A stretch of 64,000 nt of DNA from positions 2,400,001 through 2,464,000 of the forward strand of contig CBDDFZ010000001.1 of the NCBI GenBank assembly GCA_965227515.1, written 5' to 3'. The translations under genes and the position numbers were made by a program. Shown piece by piece: positions 30,486-44,137 of the stretch. Under the pieces are notes generated by a model. It ran no database searches and was not told the origin of the DNA. It saw only the letters and a program-made list of their open reading frames with translations. The DNA is from Alphaproteobacteria bacterium. Lineage in GTDB: Bacteria; Pseudomonadota; Alphaproteobacteria; CALKHQ01. Positions within the stretch are counted from its first letter, which is position 1. The number at the start of each line of letters is the position of its first letter.

Positions 30486-30738
30486 GCCCTTGAACTCCAG
30501 TAGACGTTCCTGTCTTTCCGATGTGCGGAGTTTGCGTTACAACCGTTTATGGATCGTTACATTTTATTTCGTGCGGAAAGTATAAATTCCGATTTGTACT
30601 TACATTGAGCGATTTTTATTTAAAATTTGAGGCAAGTTCGGGCGTTGTGGTGCCCGCGCAATGCGGCCCGAATGCCGTCCAGCGGGTCTGCCCGAGCGGG
30701 TGACATAGGGGAATCGGAATACGGCAGGTATGGGCCGG

Positions 30739-30767
30739 TTGACAGCGGCGGGTCGGTCCACTACATG
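30739..30767 (+). promoter_or_regulatory. Putative sigma70 promoter of tRNA-Asp
   Basis: TTGACA-N17-TACATG. Confidence 0.5.
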
Positions 30768-30795
30768 CTGTCGATCCGCGAGACACGCGTTTTGC

Positions 30796-30873
<78 letters not shown>

Positions 30874-31159
30874 GTTTCCCTCCTTCACATCGCCGTCGAT
30901 GCCGCGCAGCCACGCTGTGTGGCCTGGGTCGTTTGCGGCCAGCCCGGGGCTTGGGCCGCCATGCTCGAAAAAACTTGATGCTGCATGTGCGTTTTTGCGC
31001 GCAACGGCCACACGCGCCGCTATTATTGGGCTTAGCGCAAGTTGACTGGCGGGCGGGGCACGGCGCGGGGCATACAGCGATTTGACAGCCGCCCCTCTGC
31101 ACGGCTAAACGCACGGTCATTCTGGAGCGCACGCCAGTCACGGTGCGGACGGAGCCAGC

Positions 31160-31528
31160 ATGGACGCCGATTTCCTGCTCGAGTACCTGCCGATCATCAT
31201 CTTCCTGGGCATAGCCGCGGGGCTGTCCATCCTGTTGGTGACGGCATCATGGTTCGCGGCCCGGCAGAAGCCGGACTCCGAGAAGCTGTCCGCCTATGAG
31301 TGCGGGTTCGAAGCTTTCGATGATGCGCGCCACAAGTTCGACGTGCGGTTCTACCTGGTCGCCATCCTGTTCATCATCTTCGACCTGGAGGTGGCGTTCC
31401 TGTTCCCGTGGGCGGTGACGTTGGGCGACATCGGCATGTTCGGTTTCTGGTCGATGATCGTGTTCCTGGCCATCCTGACCGTGGGCTTCATCTACGAATG
31501 GAAGAAAGGGGCATTGGAATGGGAGTGA
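31160..31528 (+). CDS. nuoA: NADH-quinone oxidoreductase subunit A
   Basis: [20 protein letters not shown]. Confidence 0.97.
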   Translation: MDADFLLEYLPIIIFLGIAAGLSILLVTASWFAARQKPDSEKLSAYECGFEAFDDARHKFDVRFYLVAILFIIFDLEVAFLFPWAVTLGDIGMFGFWSMIVFLAILTVGFIYEWKKGALEWE

Positions 31529-32076
31529 GCACCGACGCCGGCTCGGCTGTGGCGCCGCTTCCGCCGGGCTCCGACCAGAGCGCGCTGTTGCAGCAGGTCA
31601 GCGACGAGATCGCCGACAAGGGCTTCATCGTCGCCCAGCTCGACAAGCTGGTGAACTGGGCGCGCACCGGCTCGATGTGGCCGATGACGTTCGGGCTCGC
31701 CTGCTGCGCGGTCGAGATGATGCACGCCTACATGCCGCGCTACGACCTGGACCGCTTCGGCGTGTTCGTGCGCGCCAGCCCGCGCCAGTCCGACGTGATG
31801 ATCGTCGCCGGCACGCTGACCAACAAGATGGCGCCCGCGCTGCGCAAGGTCTACGACCAGATGGCCGAGCCGCGCTGGGTGATCTCGATGGGCAGTTGCG
31901 CCAACGGCGGCGGCTACTACCACTATTCCTATTCCGTGGTGCGCGGCTGCGACCGCGTGGTGCCGGTGGACATCTATGTGCCGGGCTGCCCGCCGACGGC
32001 AGAGGCGCTGGTCTACGGCATTCTGCAGTTGCAGAAGAAGGTGCGGCGCTCCAAACCGATCTCGCGCATTCTGTAG
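31519..32076 (+). CDS. nuoB: NADH-quinone oxidoreductase subunit B
   Basis: [23 protein letters not shown]. Confidence 0.97.
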   Translation: MGVSTDAGSAVAPLPPGSDQSALLQQVSDEIADKGFIVAQLDKLVNWARTGSMWPMTFGLACCAVEMMHAYMPRYDLDRFGVFVRASPRQSDVMIVAGTLTNKMAPALRKVYDQMAEPRWVISMGSCANGGGYYHYSYSVVRGCDRVVPVDIYVPGCPPTAEALVYGILQLQKKVRRSKPISRIL

Positions 32077-32095
32077 GCGAACAGGACAACCCCAG

Positions 32096-32713
32096 ATGGA
32101 CCAGGCCGTCATCGATCTCGGCGACTACGTCGCGGCGACCAAGCCGTCGCTCGTCGCCAGCACGGAGATTGTCGCCGACGAGCTGATCGTCTCGTGCAAG
32201 CGGTCGGACCTGCGCGACCTGATGAGCTTCCTGCGCGACGACTCGAACTGCCAGTTCCGTCTGCTGGTGGACATCTGCGGCACCGACTATCCCAGCCGCG
32301 AAGAGCGGTTCGAGATCGTCTACAACCTGCTCAGTGTGAAACAGAACCTGCGGGTGCGGGTAAAGGTGACGACCGATGAGGACACGCCGGTGCCGTCGAT
32401 CGCCGACCTGTTCAGCACCGCCAACTGGTACGAGCGCGAGGCCTGGGACATGTATGGCGTGTTCTTCGCCGACCATCCCGACCTGCGGCGCCTGCTCACC
32501 GACTATGGCTTTGAAGGCCACCCGATGCGCAAGGACTTCCCGCTGACCGGTTATGTGGAAGTGCGCTATGACGACCTGCAGAAGCGTGTGGTCTACGAGC
32601 CGGTGAAGCTGACCCAGGAGTTCCGCAGCTTCGACTTCATGAGCCCGTGGGAGGGCGCGCACTACGTGCTGCCCGGCGACGAAAAGGCTGAAGAGAAGGA
32701 CGACGCGGCATGA
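32096..32713 (+). CDS. nuoC: NADH-quinone oxidoreductase subunit C
   Basis: [19 protein letters not shown]. Confidence 0.97.
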   Translation: MDQAVIDLGDYVAATKPSLVASTEIVADELIVSCKRSDLRDLMSFLRDDSNCQFRLLVDICGTDYPSREERFEIVYNLLSVKQNLRVRVKVTTDEDTPVPSIADLFSTANWYEREAWDMYGVFFADHPDLRRLLTDYGFEGHPMRKDFPLTGYVEVRYDDLQKRVVYEPVKLTQEFRSFDFMSPWEGAHYVLPGDEKAEEKDDAA

Positions 32714-33891
32714 GCGACGACGTCGATATCAAGCCGTTCACGTTCAACTTCGGGCCGCAGCACCCAGCGGCCCACGGCGTGCTGCGCATGATCATGGAGA
32801 TGGACGGCGAGGTCGTGGAGCGGATCGACCCGCATATCGGTCTGCTGCACCGCGGCACCGAGAAGCTGATCGAGTACAAGACCTATTTGCAGGCGGTGCC
32901 GTACTTCGACCGCCTGGATTACGTGGCGCCGATGTGCCAGGAGCACGCCTACGCGCTGGCGGTCGAGAAGCTCCTGGGTATCGAGGTGCCGAAGCGCGGC
33001 CAGTACGTGCGCGTGCTGTTCGCCGAGATCAGCCGGCTGCTCAACCATATCCTCAACCTCACCGCCTTCGGGCTGGACGTCGGCGCGATGACGCCGATCC
33101 TGTGGGGGTTCGAGGAGCGCGAGAAGCTGATGGAGTTCCACGAGGGCGTGTCGGGCGCCCGGCTCCACGCGGCCTATTTCCGCCCCGGCGGCGTGCACCA
33201 GGACCTGCCGGCCGGCATGGCCGAGGAGATCGTGGAGTACCTGCCGCGGCTGCTCAAGTTCGTCGACGACATGGAGCACCTGCTGACCGAGAACCGGATT
33301 TTCCGGCAGCGCTGCGTCGACATCGGCGTGGTCAGCGCGGCGGAGGCGCAGGACTGGGGCTTCACTGGGCCGTGCCTGCGGGCATCGGGCGTGCCATGGG
33401 ACCTGCGCAAGGCCCAGCCCTATGACAGCTACGACGACTTCGACTTCGACATTCCGGTGGGCAAGAACGGCGACTGCTTCGACCGCTATCTGGTCCGGGT
33501 GGAGGAGATGCGCCAGTCCTGCCGCATCGTCGAGCAGGCGGCGACGCGGCTGCCCGACGGCCCGGTGAAGGTGGACGACAACAAGGTCGCCCCGCCGAAG
33601 CGCGCGCAGATGAAGCGCTCGATGGAAGCGCTGATCCACCACTTCAAGCTCTATACCGAGGGCTATCACGTGCCGGCCGGCGAGACCTACACCGCGGTCG
33701 AGGCGCCGAAAGGCGAGTTTGCGGTCTATCTGGTCTCCGACGGCTCCAACAAGCCCTACCGCTGCAAGATCCGCGCGCCCGGCTTCCCGCACCTGCAAGC
33801 CATGGACTATATGTGCAAGGGCCACATGCTGGCCGACAGCGTTGCCGTGCTCGGCAGCCTGGACATCGTGTTCGGGGAGATCGACCGTTGA
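32710..33891 (+). CDS. nuoD: NADH-quinone oxidoreductase subunit D
   Basis: [23 protein letters not shown]. Confidence 0.97.
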   Translation: MSDDVDIKPFTFNFGPQHPAAHGVLRMIMEMDGEVVERIDPHIGLLHRGTEKLIEYKTYLQAVPYFDRLDYVAPMCQEHAYALAVEKLLGIEVPKRGQYVRVLFAEISRLLNHILNLTAFGLDVGAMTPILWGFEEREKLMEFHEGVSGARLHAAYFRPGGVHQDLPAGMAEEIVEYLPRLLKFVDDMEHLLTENRIFRQRCVDIGVVSAAEAQDWGFTGPCLRASGVPWDLRKAQPYDSYDDFDFDIPVGKNGDCFDRYLVRVEEMRQSCRIVEQAATRLPDGPVKVDDNKVAPPKRAQMKRSMEALIHHFKLYTEGYHVPAGETYTAVEAPKGEFAVYLVSDGSNKPYRCKIRAPGFPHLQAMDYMCKGHMLADSVAVLGSLDIVFGEIDR

Positions 33892-33899
33892 GCGCGCGC

Positions 33900-34553
33900 A
33901 TGCCCGCCCCGGACGAGTTGCAACCGTCCTCGTTCACGTTCTCCAAGGAAGGACGCGCGCGCGCCGACCGCATCATCGCGCGCTATCCGGAGGGCCGGCA
34001 GGCCAGCGCCGTGATCCCGTTGCTCGACATCGCCCAGCGCGAGGCCGGCGGCTGGGTGCCGCGCGCCGCCATGGACCATATCGCCGAGGTGCTGAGCATG
34101 CCGGCGATCCGGGTCTACGAGGTCGCGACCTTCTATTCGATGTTCAACCTGGCCCCGGTCGGCGCGAACTTCATCCAGGTCTGCCGCACCACGCCGTGCT
34201 GGCTGCGCGGCAGCGACGACCTGGTGGGCGCGTGCCGCGACAAGCTCGGCATCGGCCTCGGCCAGACCACCGAGGACGGCAAGTTCAGCCTGGTCGAGGT
34301 GGAGTGCCTGGGTGCCTGCGTCAACGCGCCGATGGTGCAGATCAACGATCACTACTACGAAGACCTGGACGCCGACAGCATGGCCCGTCTGATCGACGAC
34401 CTTGCCGCCGGCCGCGCGCCCGACCAGGGCTCGCAGACCGGCCGCCAGGGTTCGGCGCCCGAGGGCGGGCCGACCACGCTGACCAAGGTGCCCGATCCGC
34501 CGGTGGTCAAGACCCTCGACTTTCCGGCAAACAAACCGGCGGAGGATGCCTGA
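33900..34553 (+). CDS. nuoE: NADH-quinone oxidoreductase subunit E
   Basis: CRTTPC, ECLGACVNAP; alternative TTG start at 33888. Confidence 0.95.
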   Translation: MPAPDELQPSSFTFSKEGRARADRIIARYPEGRQASAVIPLLDIAQREAGGWVPRAAMDHIAEVLSMPAIRVYEVATFYSMFNLAPVGANFIQVCRTTPCWLRGSDDLVGACRDKLGIGLGQTTEDGKFSLVEVECLGACVNAPMVQINDHYYEDLDADSMARLIDDLAAGRAPDQGSQTGRQGSAPEGGPTTLTKVPDPPVVKTLDFPANKPAEDA

Positions 34554-35840
<1,287 letters not shown>

Positions 35841-35863
35841 CGGGAAGGATGCAGGATCAAGCG

Positions 35864-37927
35864 ATGCTGAAACTCACCGTCGACGGCGAAGAGGTCGAGG
35901 TCCCGCCCGGCAGCACCGTGCTGCAGGCGTGCGAGGCGGCGGGCAAGGAAATCCCGCGCTTCTGCTACCACGACCGGCTGTCCATCGCCGGCAACTGCCG
36001 CATGTGCCTGGTCGAGGTGGCGCCGGGGCCGCCGAAACCGCAGGCGTCGTGCGCGCTGCCGGCCGCCGACGGCCAGACCATTGTCACCAGCTCGCCGAAG
36101 ATCAAGAAGGCGCGCGAAGGGGTGATGGAGTTCCTGCTGATCAACCACCCGCTGGACTGCCCGATCTGCGACCAGGGCGGCGAGTGCGACCTGCAGGACC
36201 AGGCCATGGGCTATGGTGGCGACCGCAGCCGCTACACCGAGAACAAGCGCGCGGTGAAGGAGAAGTATCTGGGCCCGTTGGTGAAAACCATCATGACCCG
36301 GTGCATCCACTGCACCCGCTGCGTGCGGTTCAGCACCGAGGTGGCGGGCGTCTCAGAACTCGGCGCGGTCGGCCGTGGCGAAAACATGGAGATTACCACC
36401 TACGTCGAGAAGGCGCTGACCTCCGAGCTTTCGGCCAACATCATCGACCTGTGCCCGGTCGGCGCGCTGACCAGCAAGCCATACGCGTTCGCCGCGCGGC
36501 CCTGGGAACTGCGCAAGACCGAGAGCGTCGACGTGATGGACGCGGTCGGCTCAGCGATCCGGGTCGACGCGCGCGGCCGCGAAGTGCTGCGCGTCCTGCC
36601 GCGCACCAACGAGGCGGTCAACGAGGAGTGGATCTCCGACAAGACGCGCTACGCCTGCGACGGCCTGAAATACCGCCGGCTCGACCGGCCCTTCGTGCGC
36701 CGCGACGGCAAGCTGGCGCCGGCGACGTGGGACGAGGCATTGCAGGTGGTCGCCGACCATCTGGGCAAGGTCGACCCGCAGCGGCTGGCCGCCATCGCCG
36801 GCGACCAGTGCGACGCGGAGTCGATGTTCGCGCTAAAGGGCCTGATGGACGGGCTCGGCACGCCGCATATCGATTGCCGGCAGGATGGCGCCAAGCTGGA
36901 TGCCAGCGACCGCGGCAGCTACATCTTCAACTCTACCATCTCCGGTATCGCGCAGGCCGATGCCTGCCTGATCATCGGCGCCAATCCGCGCTGGGAGGCC
37001 CCCATCATCAACGCGCGGCTGCGCGGCCGTTGGCTGACCGGCGCGCTGAAGGTCGGGGTGATCGGCGAGAAGCTGGACCTGACCTACGGCTACGACTATC
37101 TGGGCGCCGGGCCGCCGTCTCTGGCCGAAGTGGTTGGCAAGAAAGGCTTTTTCGACACGCTGAAGAAGGCCGAGCGGCCGATGATCATCGTCGGCATGGG
37201 CGCGCTGACTCGCCCGGATGGCGCCGCGGTGCTGGCCCAGGCGCGCGCGCTGGCGGATGCCTGCGGGGCGGTGAGCGACGACTGGAATGGCTTCAACGTG
37301 CTGCACACGGCGGCCGCGCGCGTCGGCGGGCTCGACCTCGGCTTCGTGCCGGGCGAGGGCGGCCGCGACGTCGCCGGCATCCTGGACGGCTGCCAGGCCG
37401 GCGAGATCGATGTGGTCTACCTGTTGGGCGCCGACGAGTTCGACACCAAGAAGCTCGGCAATGCCTTCGTCATCTACCAGGGCCACCATGGCGACGCGGG
37501 TGCCGCGGCGGCCGACGTCATCCTGCCGGGGGCCGCGTACACCGAGAAGTACGGCACGTACATCAACACGGAGGGCCGGGTGCAGCTCGGCCGGCTGGCG
37601 GTCTATCCGCCCGGCGACGCCCGCGAGGACTGGACCATCCTGCGCGCGCTTTCCGGCGCCCTGGGCCGCGCGCTGCCGTACGACGACCTGAGCGCGCTGC
37701 GCCAGGCGATGGTTTCGGCGCACCCGCACATGGCCGCCATCGGTGAGGCCGAGCCTGCGGCATGGCGTCCGGCGAGGGCCGGCAAGGAGAAGATGGACGA
37801 CGCGCCGTTTGCGAGCCCGATCCAGAACTTCTATATGACCGACCCCATCAGCCGCGCGTCGCGCACCATGGCCGAATGCACCGCCCACGTTCTGGGGGCC
37901 GACCTGGCCACCGGGACGGATCAATGA
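35864..37927 (+). CDS. nuoG: NADH-quinone oxidoreductase subunit G
   Basis: RFCYH, GNCRMC, HPLDCPICDQGGEC, CIHCTRC. Confidence 0.97.
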   Translation: MLKLTVDGEEVEVPPGSTVLQACEAAGKEIPRFCYHDRLSIAGNCRMCLVEVAPGPPKPQASCALPAADGQTIVTSSPKIKKAREGVMEFLLINHPLDCPICDQGGECDLQDQAMGYGGDRSRYTENKRAVKEKYLGPLVKTIMTRCIHCTRCVRFSTEVAGVSELGAVGRGENMEITTYVEKALTSELSANIIDLCPVGALTSKPYAFAARPWELRKTESVDVMDAVGSAIRVDARGREVLRVLPRTNEAVNEEWISDKTRYACDGLKYRRLDRPFVRRDGKLAPATWDEALQVVADHLGKVDPQRLAAIAGDQCDAESMFALKGLMDGLGTPHIDCRQDGAKLDASDRGSYIFNSTISGIAQADACLIIGANPRWEAPIINARLRGRWLTGALKVGVIGEKLDLTYGYDYLGAGPPSLAEVVGKKGFFDTLKKAERPMIIVGMGALTRPDGAAVLAQARALADACGAVSDDWNGFNVLHTAAARVGGLDLGFVPGEGGRDVAGILDGCQAGEIDVVYLLGADEFDTKKLGNAFVIYQGHHGDAGAAAADVILPGAAYTEKYGTYINTEGRVQLGRLAVYPPGDAREDWTILRALSGALGRALPYDDLSALRQAMVSAHPHMAAIGEAEPAAWRPARAGKEKMDDAPFASPIQNFYMTDPISRASRTMAECTAHVLGADLATGTDQ

Positions 37928-37990
37928 CCGTTTTCTCAATGACCGCCTTCTCAATTTCCGGCACCCCCGAGACGGACTGAGCACGACACG

Positions 37991-39016
37991 ATGGGATTCT
38001 GGGACGGATATGTTTGGCCGGCGGCGCTGATCGTCGCCTATATCCTGTGCATTGTCGTGCCGCTGCTGGTCGCGGTCGCCTACCTGACATATGCCGAGCG
38101 CAAGGTGCTGGCTGCGATGCAGCTGCGCCGCGGCCCCAACGTGGTTGGCCCGTTCGGCCTGTTGCAGCCCTTCGCCGACGGGCTGAAGGCGCTGATGAAG
38201 GAGACCATCATCCCGTCCGGCGCCAACCGGGTGGTGTTCATCCTGGCGCCGATGGTGACCTTCACCCTGTCGATGGTGGCCTGGGCGGTGATCCCGTTCG
38301 ACGACGGATGGGTGCTGGCCGACATCAATGTCGGCATCCTCTACCTGTTCGCGATCTCCTCGCTGGGCGTCTACGGCGTTATCATGGCCGGCTGGGCCTC
38401 GAACTCGAAATACCCGTTCCTGGGCGCGCTGCGCTCGGCCGCGCAGATGGTGTCCTACGAGGTCTCCATCGGCTTCGTGATGATCTCCGTGCTGCTGTGC
38501 GCCGGCTCGCTGAACCTGTCGGAGATTGTCCAGGCCCAGGACGGCTTATGGTTCTGCGTGCCGCTGCTGCCGATGTTCGTGGTGTTCTTCATCTCCGCGC
38601 TGGCGGAGACCAACCGGGCGCCGTTCGACCTGCCCGAGGCCGAGGCGGAGCTGGTCTCCGGCTTCAACGTCGAATATTCCGGCTTCCCGTTCGCCATGTT
38701 CTTCCTGGGCGAATACGCCAACATGATCCTGATGAGCGGCATCATGACCATCCTGTTCCTGGGTGGCTGGCTGCCGATCGCCGATATCGCACCGTTCAAC
38801 TGGATCCCGGGCGTGATCTGGTTCGGGCTGAAGGTTTCGGTGCTGCTGTTCGGCTTCCTGTGGGTGCGCGCCACCTTCCCCCGGTTCCGCTACGACCAGC
38901 TGATGCGGCTGGGCTGGAAGGTGTTCCTGCCGTTCTCGCTGTTCTGGCTGGTGCTGACCGCCGGCGTGCTGGTGGCGTTCGGCTGGGTGCCGGGCAGTGA
39001 AGCGGCGGGTGGCTGA
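37991..39016 (+). CDS. nuoH: NADH-quinone oxidoreductase subunit H
   Basis: [23 protein letters not shown]. Confidence 0.97.
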   Translation: MGFWDGYVWPAALIVAYILCIVVPLLVAVAYLTYAERKVLAAMQLRRGPNVVGPFGLLQPFADGLKALMKETIIPSGANRVVFILAPMVTFTLSMVAWAVIPFDDGWVLADINVGILYLFAISSLGVYGVIMAGWASNSKYPFLGALRSAAQMVSYEVSIGFVMISVLLCAGSLNLSEIVQAQDGLWFCVPLLPMFVVFFISALAETNRAPFDLPEAEAELVSGFNVEYSGFPFAMFFLGEYANMILMSGIMTILFLGGWLPIADIAPFNWIPGVIWFGLKVSVLLFGFLWVRATFPRFRYDQLMRLGWKVFLPFSLFWLVLTAGVLVAFGWVPGSEAAGG

Positions 39017-39040
39017 TTGAGATGAGCGGGGCAAGCTGAC

Positions 39041-39529
39041 ATGGCGATGATCGACCGCGCGGCACGCGGCTTCCTGCTGCTGGAGCTCCTGTCCGGCATG
39101 TGGCTGACGCTGCGGTACTTTTTCCGGCCGAAGGTGACGCTGAACTACCCCAACGAGAAGGGGCCGTTGTCGCCCCGGTTCCGTGGCGAGCATGCCTTGC
39201 GGCGCTATCCGAATGGCGAGGAGCGGTGCATCGCCTGCAAGCTGTGCGAGGCGATCTGCCCGGCCCAGGCGATCACCATCGAGGCCGAGCCGCGCGAGGA
39301 CGGGTCCAGGCGGACCACCCGCTACGACATCGACATGACCAAGTGCATCTATTGCGGCTTCTGCCAGGAGGCCTGCCCGGTGGACGCCATCGTGGAGGGG
39401 CCGAACTTCGAGTTCGCCACCGAGACCCGCGAGGAACTGCTCTACAACAAGGACAAGCTGCTTTCCAACGGCGACCGCTGGGAAGCCGAGCTTGCCGCTA
39501 ACATCGCGCAAGACGCGCCGTACCGGTGA
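39041..39529 (+). CDS. nuoI: NADH-quinone oxidoreductase subunit I
   Basis: Two 4Fe-4S motifs, CIACKLC and CIYCGFC. Confidence 0.97.
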   Translation: MAMIDRAARGFLLLELLSGMWLTLRYFFRPKVTLNYPNEKGPLSPRFRGEHALRRYPNGEERCIACKLCEAICPAQAITIEAEPREDGSRRTTRYDIDMTKCIYCGFCQEACPVDAIVEGPNFEFATETREELLYNKDKLLSNGDRWEAELAANIAQDAPYR

Positions 39530-39701
39530 GGCTCGCGACCGCCGACATGCCACAGCGCGCGCATATGTTGACGAAGACCATGGCTGGGCCGGTTGTCATG
39601 GCAGGCGTTCCCGGCCATAAACCGGGCCACGGCGCGCGCCGCCGCGTCGCATCGTTCGTGACTGCCTGCACCCCAACCCGCCGCGCAGGCCGGAGTGCGC
39701 C

Positions 39702-40319
39702 ATGATCATCCAGGGCTTGGCCTTCTATCTGTTCGCCGCGGTGCTGATCGCATCCGCCGTCATGGTGGTCAGCGCGCGCAACCCGGTGCACTCGGTCCTC
39801 TACCTGATCCTGGCGTTCTTCAACGCCGCGGCGCTGTTCGTGCTGATCGGGGCGGAATTCCTGGCGATGATCCTGGTCGTCGTCTACGTCGGCGCGGTCG
39901 CTGTGTTGTTCCTGTTCGTGGTGATGATGCTCGACATCAACTTCGTCGAGATGCGCCAGGGCTTCCTGCAATACCTGCCGATCGGCGCGCTGATCGGGCT
40001 GGTGCTGCTGGCCGAACTGGTGATGCTGGGGGGCGCGTGGGTGTTCGCGCCCGAGGCGCTGGAGGTCGCCGCCGGCGGTCCAACGGCGCTCGATCCCGAG
40101 CTCTCGAATACCGAGGCGCTGGGCCGCCTGCTCTACACCCACTATGCGTACCTGTTCATCGCTGCCGGCATGGTGCTGCTGACCGCGATGATCGGCGCCA
40201 TCGTGCTGACGCTCCGGCAGCGCGCCAATGTGCGCCGCCAGTCGATCTCCGCGCAGATCGGGCGCCGGCGCAACGAGTCCATCGAGGTGCGCAAGGTGCC
40301 CTCGCGTACGGGCGTGTGA
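39702..40319 (+). CDS. nuoJ: NADH-quinone oxidoreductase subunit J
   Basis: [24 protein letters not shown]. Confidence 0.97.
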   Translation: MIIQGLAFYLFAAVLIASAVMVVSARNPVHSVLYLILAFFNAAALFVLIGAEFLAMILVVVYVGAVAVLFLFVVMMLDINFVEMRQGFLQYLPIGALIGLVLLAELVMLGGAWVFAPEALEVAAGGPTALDPELSNTEALGRLLYTHYAYLFIAAGMVLLTAMIGAIVLTLRQRANVRRQSISAQIGRRRNESIEVRKVPSRTGV

Positions 40320-40332
40320 GGAGGATAGGGCG

Positions 40333-40641
40333 ATGGAAATCGGACTTGGCCACTACCTCACCGTCGGCGCGATCCTGTTCACGCTGGGTATCTTCGGCAT
40401 CTTCCTGAACAGGAAGAACGTGATCATCATCCTGATGTCGATCGAGCTGATGCTGCTGGCGGTCAACATCAACCTGGTCGCGTTCTCCGCCTTCCTGAAC
40501 GATCTGGTCGGCCAAGTGTTCGCGCTGTTCGTGCTCACCGTGGCGGCGGCCGAGGCGGCCATCGGGCTCGCCATCCTCGTCGTCTATTTCCGCAACCGCG
40601 GCTCCATCGCGGTGGAAGACATCAACATGATGAAGGGCTGA
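40333..40641 (+). CDS. nuoK: NADH-quinone oxidoreductase subunit K
   Basis: [19 protein letters not shown]. Confidence 0.97.
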   Translation: MEIGLGHYLTVGAILFTLGIFGIFLNRKNVIIILMSIELMLLAVNINLVAFSAFLNDLVGQVFALFVLTVAAAEAAIGLAILVVYFRNRGSIAVEDINMMKG

Positions 40642-40648
40642 GCGCGGC

Positions 40649-42595
40649 ATGTACGCGATCATTGTCTTCCTGCCGCTGATCGGCTTCCTGATCGCCTGCC
40701 TGTTCGGGCGGGCCATCGGCGACCGTGGATCGCAGATCGTCACCTGCGGGCTGCTGATCCTGTCGGCGATCATCAGCTGGGTGGCGTTTTTCGACATCGG
40801 CATCGGCGGCGAGCCGGTCACGATCCACCTTTTCAACTGGATCGTCTCGGGCGAATTCGACGTCGCCTGGGCGCTGAAGCTGGACACGCTGACGGCGGTG
40901 ATGCTGATCGTGGTCACCACGGTGTCGTCGGTCGTGCACGTCTATTCGGTCGGCTACATGTCGCACGACAAGTCGATCCCGCGCTTCATGGGCTATCTCA
41001 GCCTGTTCACCTTCGCCATGCTGATGCTGGTGACGGCCGACAATCTGGTGCAGATGTTCTTCGGCTGGGAGGGCGTGGGCCTCGCCTCCTACCTCCTGAT
41101 CGGCTTCTGGTACGACCGGCCTTCCGCGAACGCCGCCGCCATCAAGGCTTTCGTCGTCAACCGCGTCGGTGATTTCGGCTTCCTGCTCGGCATCGCCGGC
41201 ATCTTCCTTCTGTTCGACACCATCTCGCTGGATGAGATTTTCGCGGCGGCGCCGGAGCACGCCGAGACCACGATCACGTTCCTCGGCATGCACCTGGATG
41301 CGATGACGACGCTCTGCATCCTGCTGTTCATCGGCGCGATGGGTAAGTCGGCGCAGTTGGGCCTGCACACCTGGCTGCCGGACGCGATGGAGGGCCCGAC
41401 CCCGGTCTCCGCCCTGATCCACGCCGCCACCATGGTGACGGCCGGCGTGTTCCTGGTCTGCCGCATGTCGCCGCTGTTCGAGCTGGCGCCGGATGCGCTT
41501 GCGGTCGTGGCCATCGTCGGTGCGGCCACCGCGTTCTTCGCGGCGACCATCGGGCTCACCCAGTTCGACATCAAGCGGGTGATCGCGTATTCGACCTGCT
41601 CTCAGCTCGGCTACATGTTCTTCGCCGCCGGCGTGTCGGCCTATCCGGCCGCCATGTTCCACCTGACCACCCACGCGTTCTTCAAGGCCTTGCTGTTCCT
41701 GGGCGCTGGGTCGGTGATCCACGCCATGTCCGACGAGCAGGACATGCGCAAGATGGGCGGCATCTGGCGGCAGATCCCGACCACCTATGTGATGATGTGG
41801 ATCGGCAGCCTGGCGCTGGCAGGCGTCGGCATTCCGTTCACCGGCATCGGCTTTGCCGGCTTCTATTCCAAGGACCTGATCATCGAGTCCGCGTTCGGCG
41901 CCCACTCGGTGGTCGGCCAGTTCGCGTTCTGGCTCGGCATCCTGGCCGCCGGCATGACCGCGTTCTATTCCTGGCGGCTCCTGTTCATGACCTTCCACGG
42001 CAAGCCGCGCGCCGACGAGAAGGTGATGGCGCACGTCCATGAATCGCCGAAGATCATGACCATCCCGCTGATCGTGCTGGCGGTGGGCGCGGTGTGCTCC
42101 GGCTTCGCGTTCTATCCGTCGTTCGTTGGCGAGGGCATGGTCGAGTTCTGGGGCGACTCCGTGGCCATCGAGGCCGCCCACCACGCCATCGAGGCGGCCC
42201 ACCATGTGCCGTCGTGGGTCGTCATGCTGCCGATCGCGCTGACCGTGTTCGGCATCGGGCTTGCCTACATCTTCTACATCGACTCCCCGTGGCTGCCGGG
42301 CTGGACGGCCGCGCGCGCCGGCGGGCTCTACCGGTTCATTTTCAACAAGTGGTACTTCGACGAGCTCTACGACCGCATCTTCGTGCGCCCGGCGTTCTAT
42401 CTCGGCAGGGGGCTGTGGCAGGCCGGCGATGGCGCGCTGATCGACGGTGTCGGCCCGGACGGGGTTGCCCGCGCCGCGCGCCAGATCGCGCGCAAGGCCA
42501 GCGGACTGCAGTCCGGCTTCGTCTACCACTATGCGTTTGCCATGCTGATCGGCGTCGTCGCGCTGGTCACCTGGTATCTGTACGCGTCGGCCTGA
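40649..42595 (+). CDS. nuoL: NADH-quinone oxidoreductase subunit L
   Basis: [32 protein letters not shown]. Confidence 0.97.
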   Translation: MYAIIVFLPLIGFLIACLFGRAIGDRGSQIVTCGLLILSAIISWVAFFDIGIGGEPVTIHLFNWIVSGEFDVAWALKLDTLTAVMLIVVTTVSSVVHVYSVGYMSHDKSIPRFMGYLSLFTFAMLMLVTADNLVQMFFGWEGVGLASYLLIGFWYDRPSANAAAIKAFVVNRVGDFGFLLGIAGIFLLFDTISLDEIFAAAPEHAETTITFLGMHLDAMTTLCILLFIGAMGKSAQLGLHTWLPDAMEGPTPVSALIHAATMVTAGVFLVCRMSPLFELAPDALAVVAIVGAATAFFAATIGLTQFDIKRVIAYSTCSQLGYMFFAAGVSAYPAAMFHLTTHAFFKALLFLGAGSVIHAMSDEQDMRKMGGIWRQIPTTYVMMWIGSLALAGVGIPFTGIGFAGFYSKDLIIESAFGAHSVVGQFAFWLGILAAGMTAFYSWRLLFMTFHGKPRADEKVMAHVHESPKIMTIPLIVLAVGAVCSGFAFYPSFVGEGMVEFWGDSVAIEAAHHAIEAAHHVPSWVVMLPIALTVFGIGLAYIFYIDSPWLPGWTAARAGGLYRFIFNKWYFDELYDRIFVRPAFYLGRGLWQAGDGALIDGVGPDGVARAARQIARKASGLQSGFVYHYAFAMLIGVVALVTWYLYASA

Positions 42596-42611
42596 GGATC
42601 AGCACGCCGCC

Positions 42612-44123
42612 ATGGACAACGTCTTGCTGACAGCCGTCACCTTCCTGCCACTGGCGGGCGCCCTGTTCATCATGCTGGTGCGGGGCGACGAGGCCGTTGT
42701 CGCGCGCAATTCGCGATACGTCGCGCTGTGGACCTCGCTGCTGACCCTGGTGATCAGCCTGGCGCTGTGGTTCGGCTTCGACGGATCCGATCCAGACTTC
42801 CAGTACGTCGAGCATGTCGAGTGGATACCGTCGCTGGGGCTCGCCTATCACATGGGCGTCGACGGCATCTCGGTGCTGTTCGTGCTGCTGTCGACGCTGC
42901 TGACGCCGATCTGCATCGTGGCCAGTTGGGATGCCGTCCAGCACCGCGTGAAGGACTACATGATCGCGTTTCTGATCCTGGAAACGCTGATGGTCGGCAT
43001 GTTCTGCGCGCTCGATATCGTGCTGTTCTACATCTTCTTCGAAGGTGTCCTGATCCCGATGTTCCTGATCATCGGGGTGTGGGGCGGCCAGCGCCGGGTC
43101 TATGCCGCGTTCAAGTTCTTCCTCTACACGCTGACCGGCTCGGTCCTGATGCTGCTGGCGATCCTGTTCATGATCTTCGAGGCCGGCACCACCAGCATTC
43201 CGGAGATGCATGCCTACGGCTTCCCGGAGGGCATGCAGTACTGGCTGTTCCTGGCCTTCTTCGCCTCGTTCGCGGTCAAGGTGCCGATGTGGCCGTTCCA
43301 CACCTGGCTGCCGGATGCACACGTGGAGGCGCCGACCGCCGGTTCGGTCATATTGGCCGGCGTGCTGTTGAAGATGGGGGCCTATGGCTTCCTGCGCTTC
43401 AACCTGCCGATGCTGCCCATCGCATCCGACTACTTCGCGCCGCTGATCTTCACCCTCAGCGTGATCGCGGTGATCTACACCTCGCTGGTGGCGCTGGCGC
43501 AGAAGGACATGAAGAAGCTGATCGCCTATTCGTCGGTCGCGCACATGGGCTTCGTCACCATCGGCATCTTCGCCGCCAACGGCCAGGCGGTGGAGGGCGC
43601 GATCATCCAGATGCTGAGCCACGGCTTCGTCTCCGGCGCGCTGTTCCTGTGCGTCGGCGTGGTCTACGACCGGCTGCACACGCGCGAGATCGCGCGCTAT
43701 GGCGGGCTGGTGCACCGCATGCCGATCTATGCCGTGGTGTTCATGATCTTCATGCTGGCCTCGGTCGGCCTGCCCGGCACGTCGGGCTTCGTCGGCGAGT
43801 TCCTGGTCATCATGGGCACCTTCAAGGTCAATACCTGGGTGGCCGCGCTGATGGCCACCGGCGTCATCCTGGGCGCTGCCTACATGCTGTTCCTCTACCG
43901 CCGCATCATTTTCGGCGCGCTGGTGAAGGACGAGCTGAAGGCCATGCTGGATATGAACAAGCGCGAAATCGGCATGTTCGTGCCCCTGGTCATTCTGGTG
44001 CTGTGGATGGGCATCTATCCGTCGAGCTTCCTGGATCGCATCAGCACCTCGGTCGATAACCTGGTCACCAACTACGTCGCCGCGTTGAACGACGCCGGCA
44101 TCGACGTGGCGGCGGCGGAATAG
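42612..44123 (+). CDS. nuoM: NADH-quinone oxidoreductase subunit M
   Basis: [19 protein letters not shown]. Confidence 0.97.
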   Translation: MDNVLLTAVTFLPLAGALFIMLVRGDEAVVARNSRYVALWTSLLTLVISLALWFGFDGSDPDFQYVEHVEWIPSLGLAYHMGVDGISVLFVLLSTLLTPICIVASWDAVQHRVKDYMIAFLILETLMVGMFCALDIVLFYIFFEGVLIPMFLIIGVWGGQRRVYAAFKFFLYTLTGSVLMLLAILFMIFEAGTTSIPEMHAYGFPEGMQYWLFLAFFASFAVKVPMWPFHTWLPDAHVEAPTAGSVILAGVLLKMGAYGFLRFNLPMLPIASDYFAPLIFTLSVIAVIYTSLVALAQKDMKKLIAYSSVAHMGFVTIGIFAANGQAVEGAIIQMLSHGFVSGALFLCVGVVYDRLHTREIARYGGLVHRMPIYAVVFMIFMLASVGLPGTSGFVGEFLVIMGTFKVNTWVAALMATGVILGAAYMLFLYRRIIFGALVKDELKAMLDMNKREIGMFVPLVILVLWMGIYPSSFLDRISTSVDNLVTNYVAALNDAGIDVAAAE

Positions 44124-44137
44124 GCGGCGGACAAGCC

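Noticed and set aside
39530-39701. 172-bp nuoI-nuoJ spacer with weak GTCATGGC...CCGGCCAT inverted repeats
   Set aside because: Probably a decayed CGTC REP; too degenerate to call and no credible ORF
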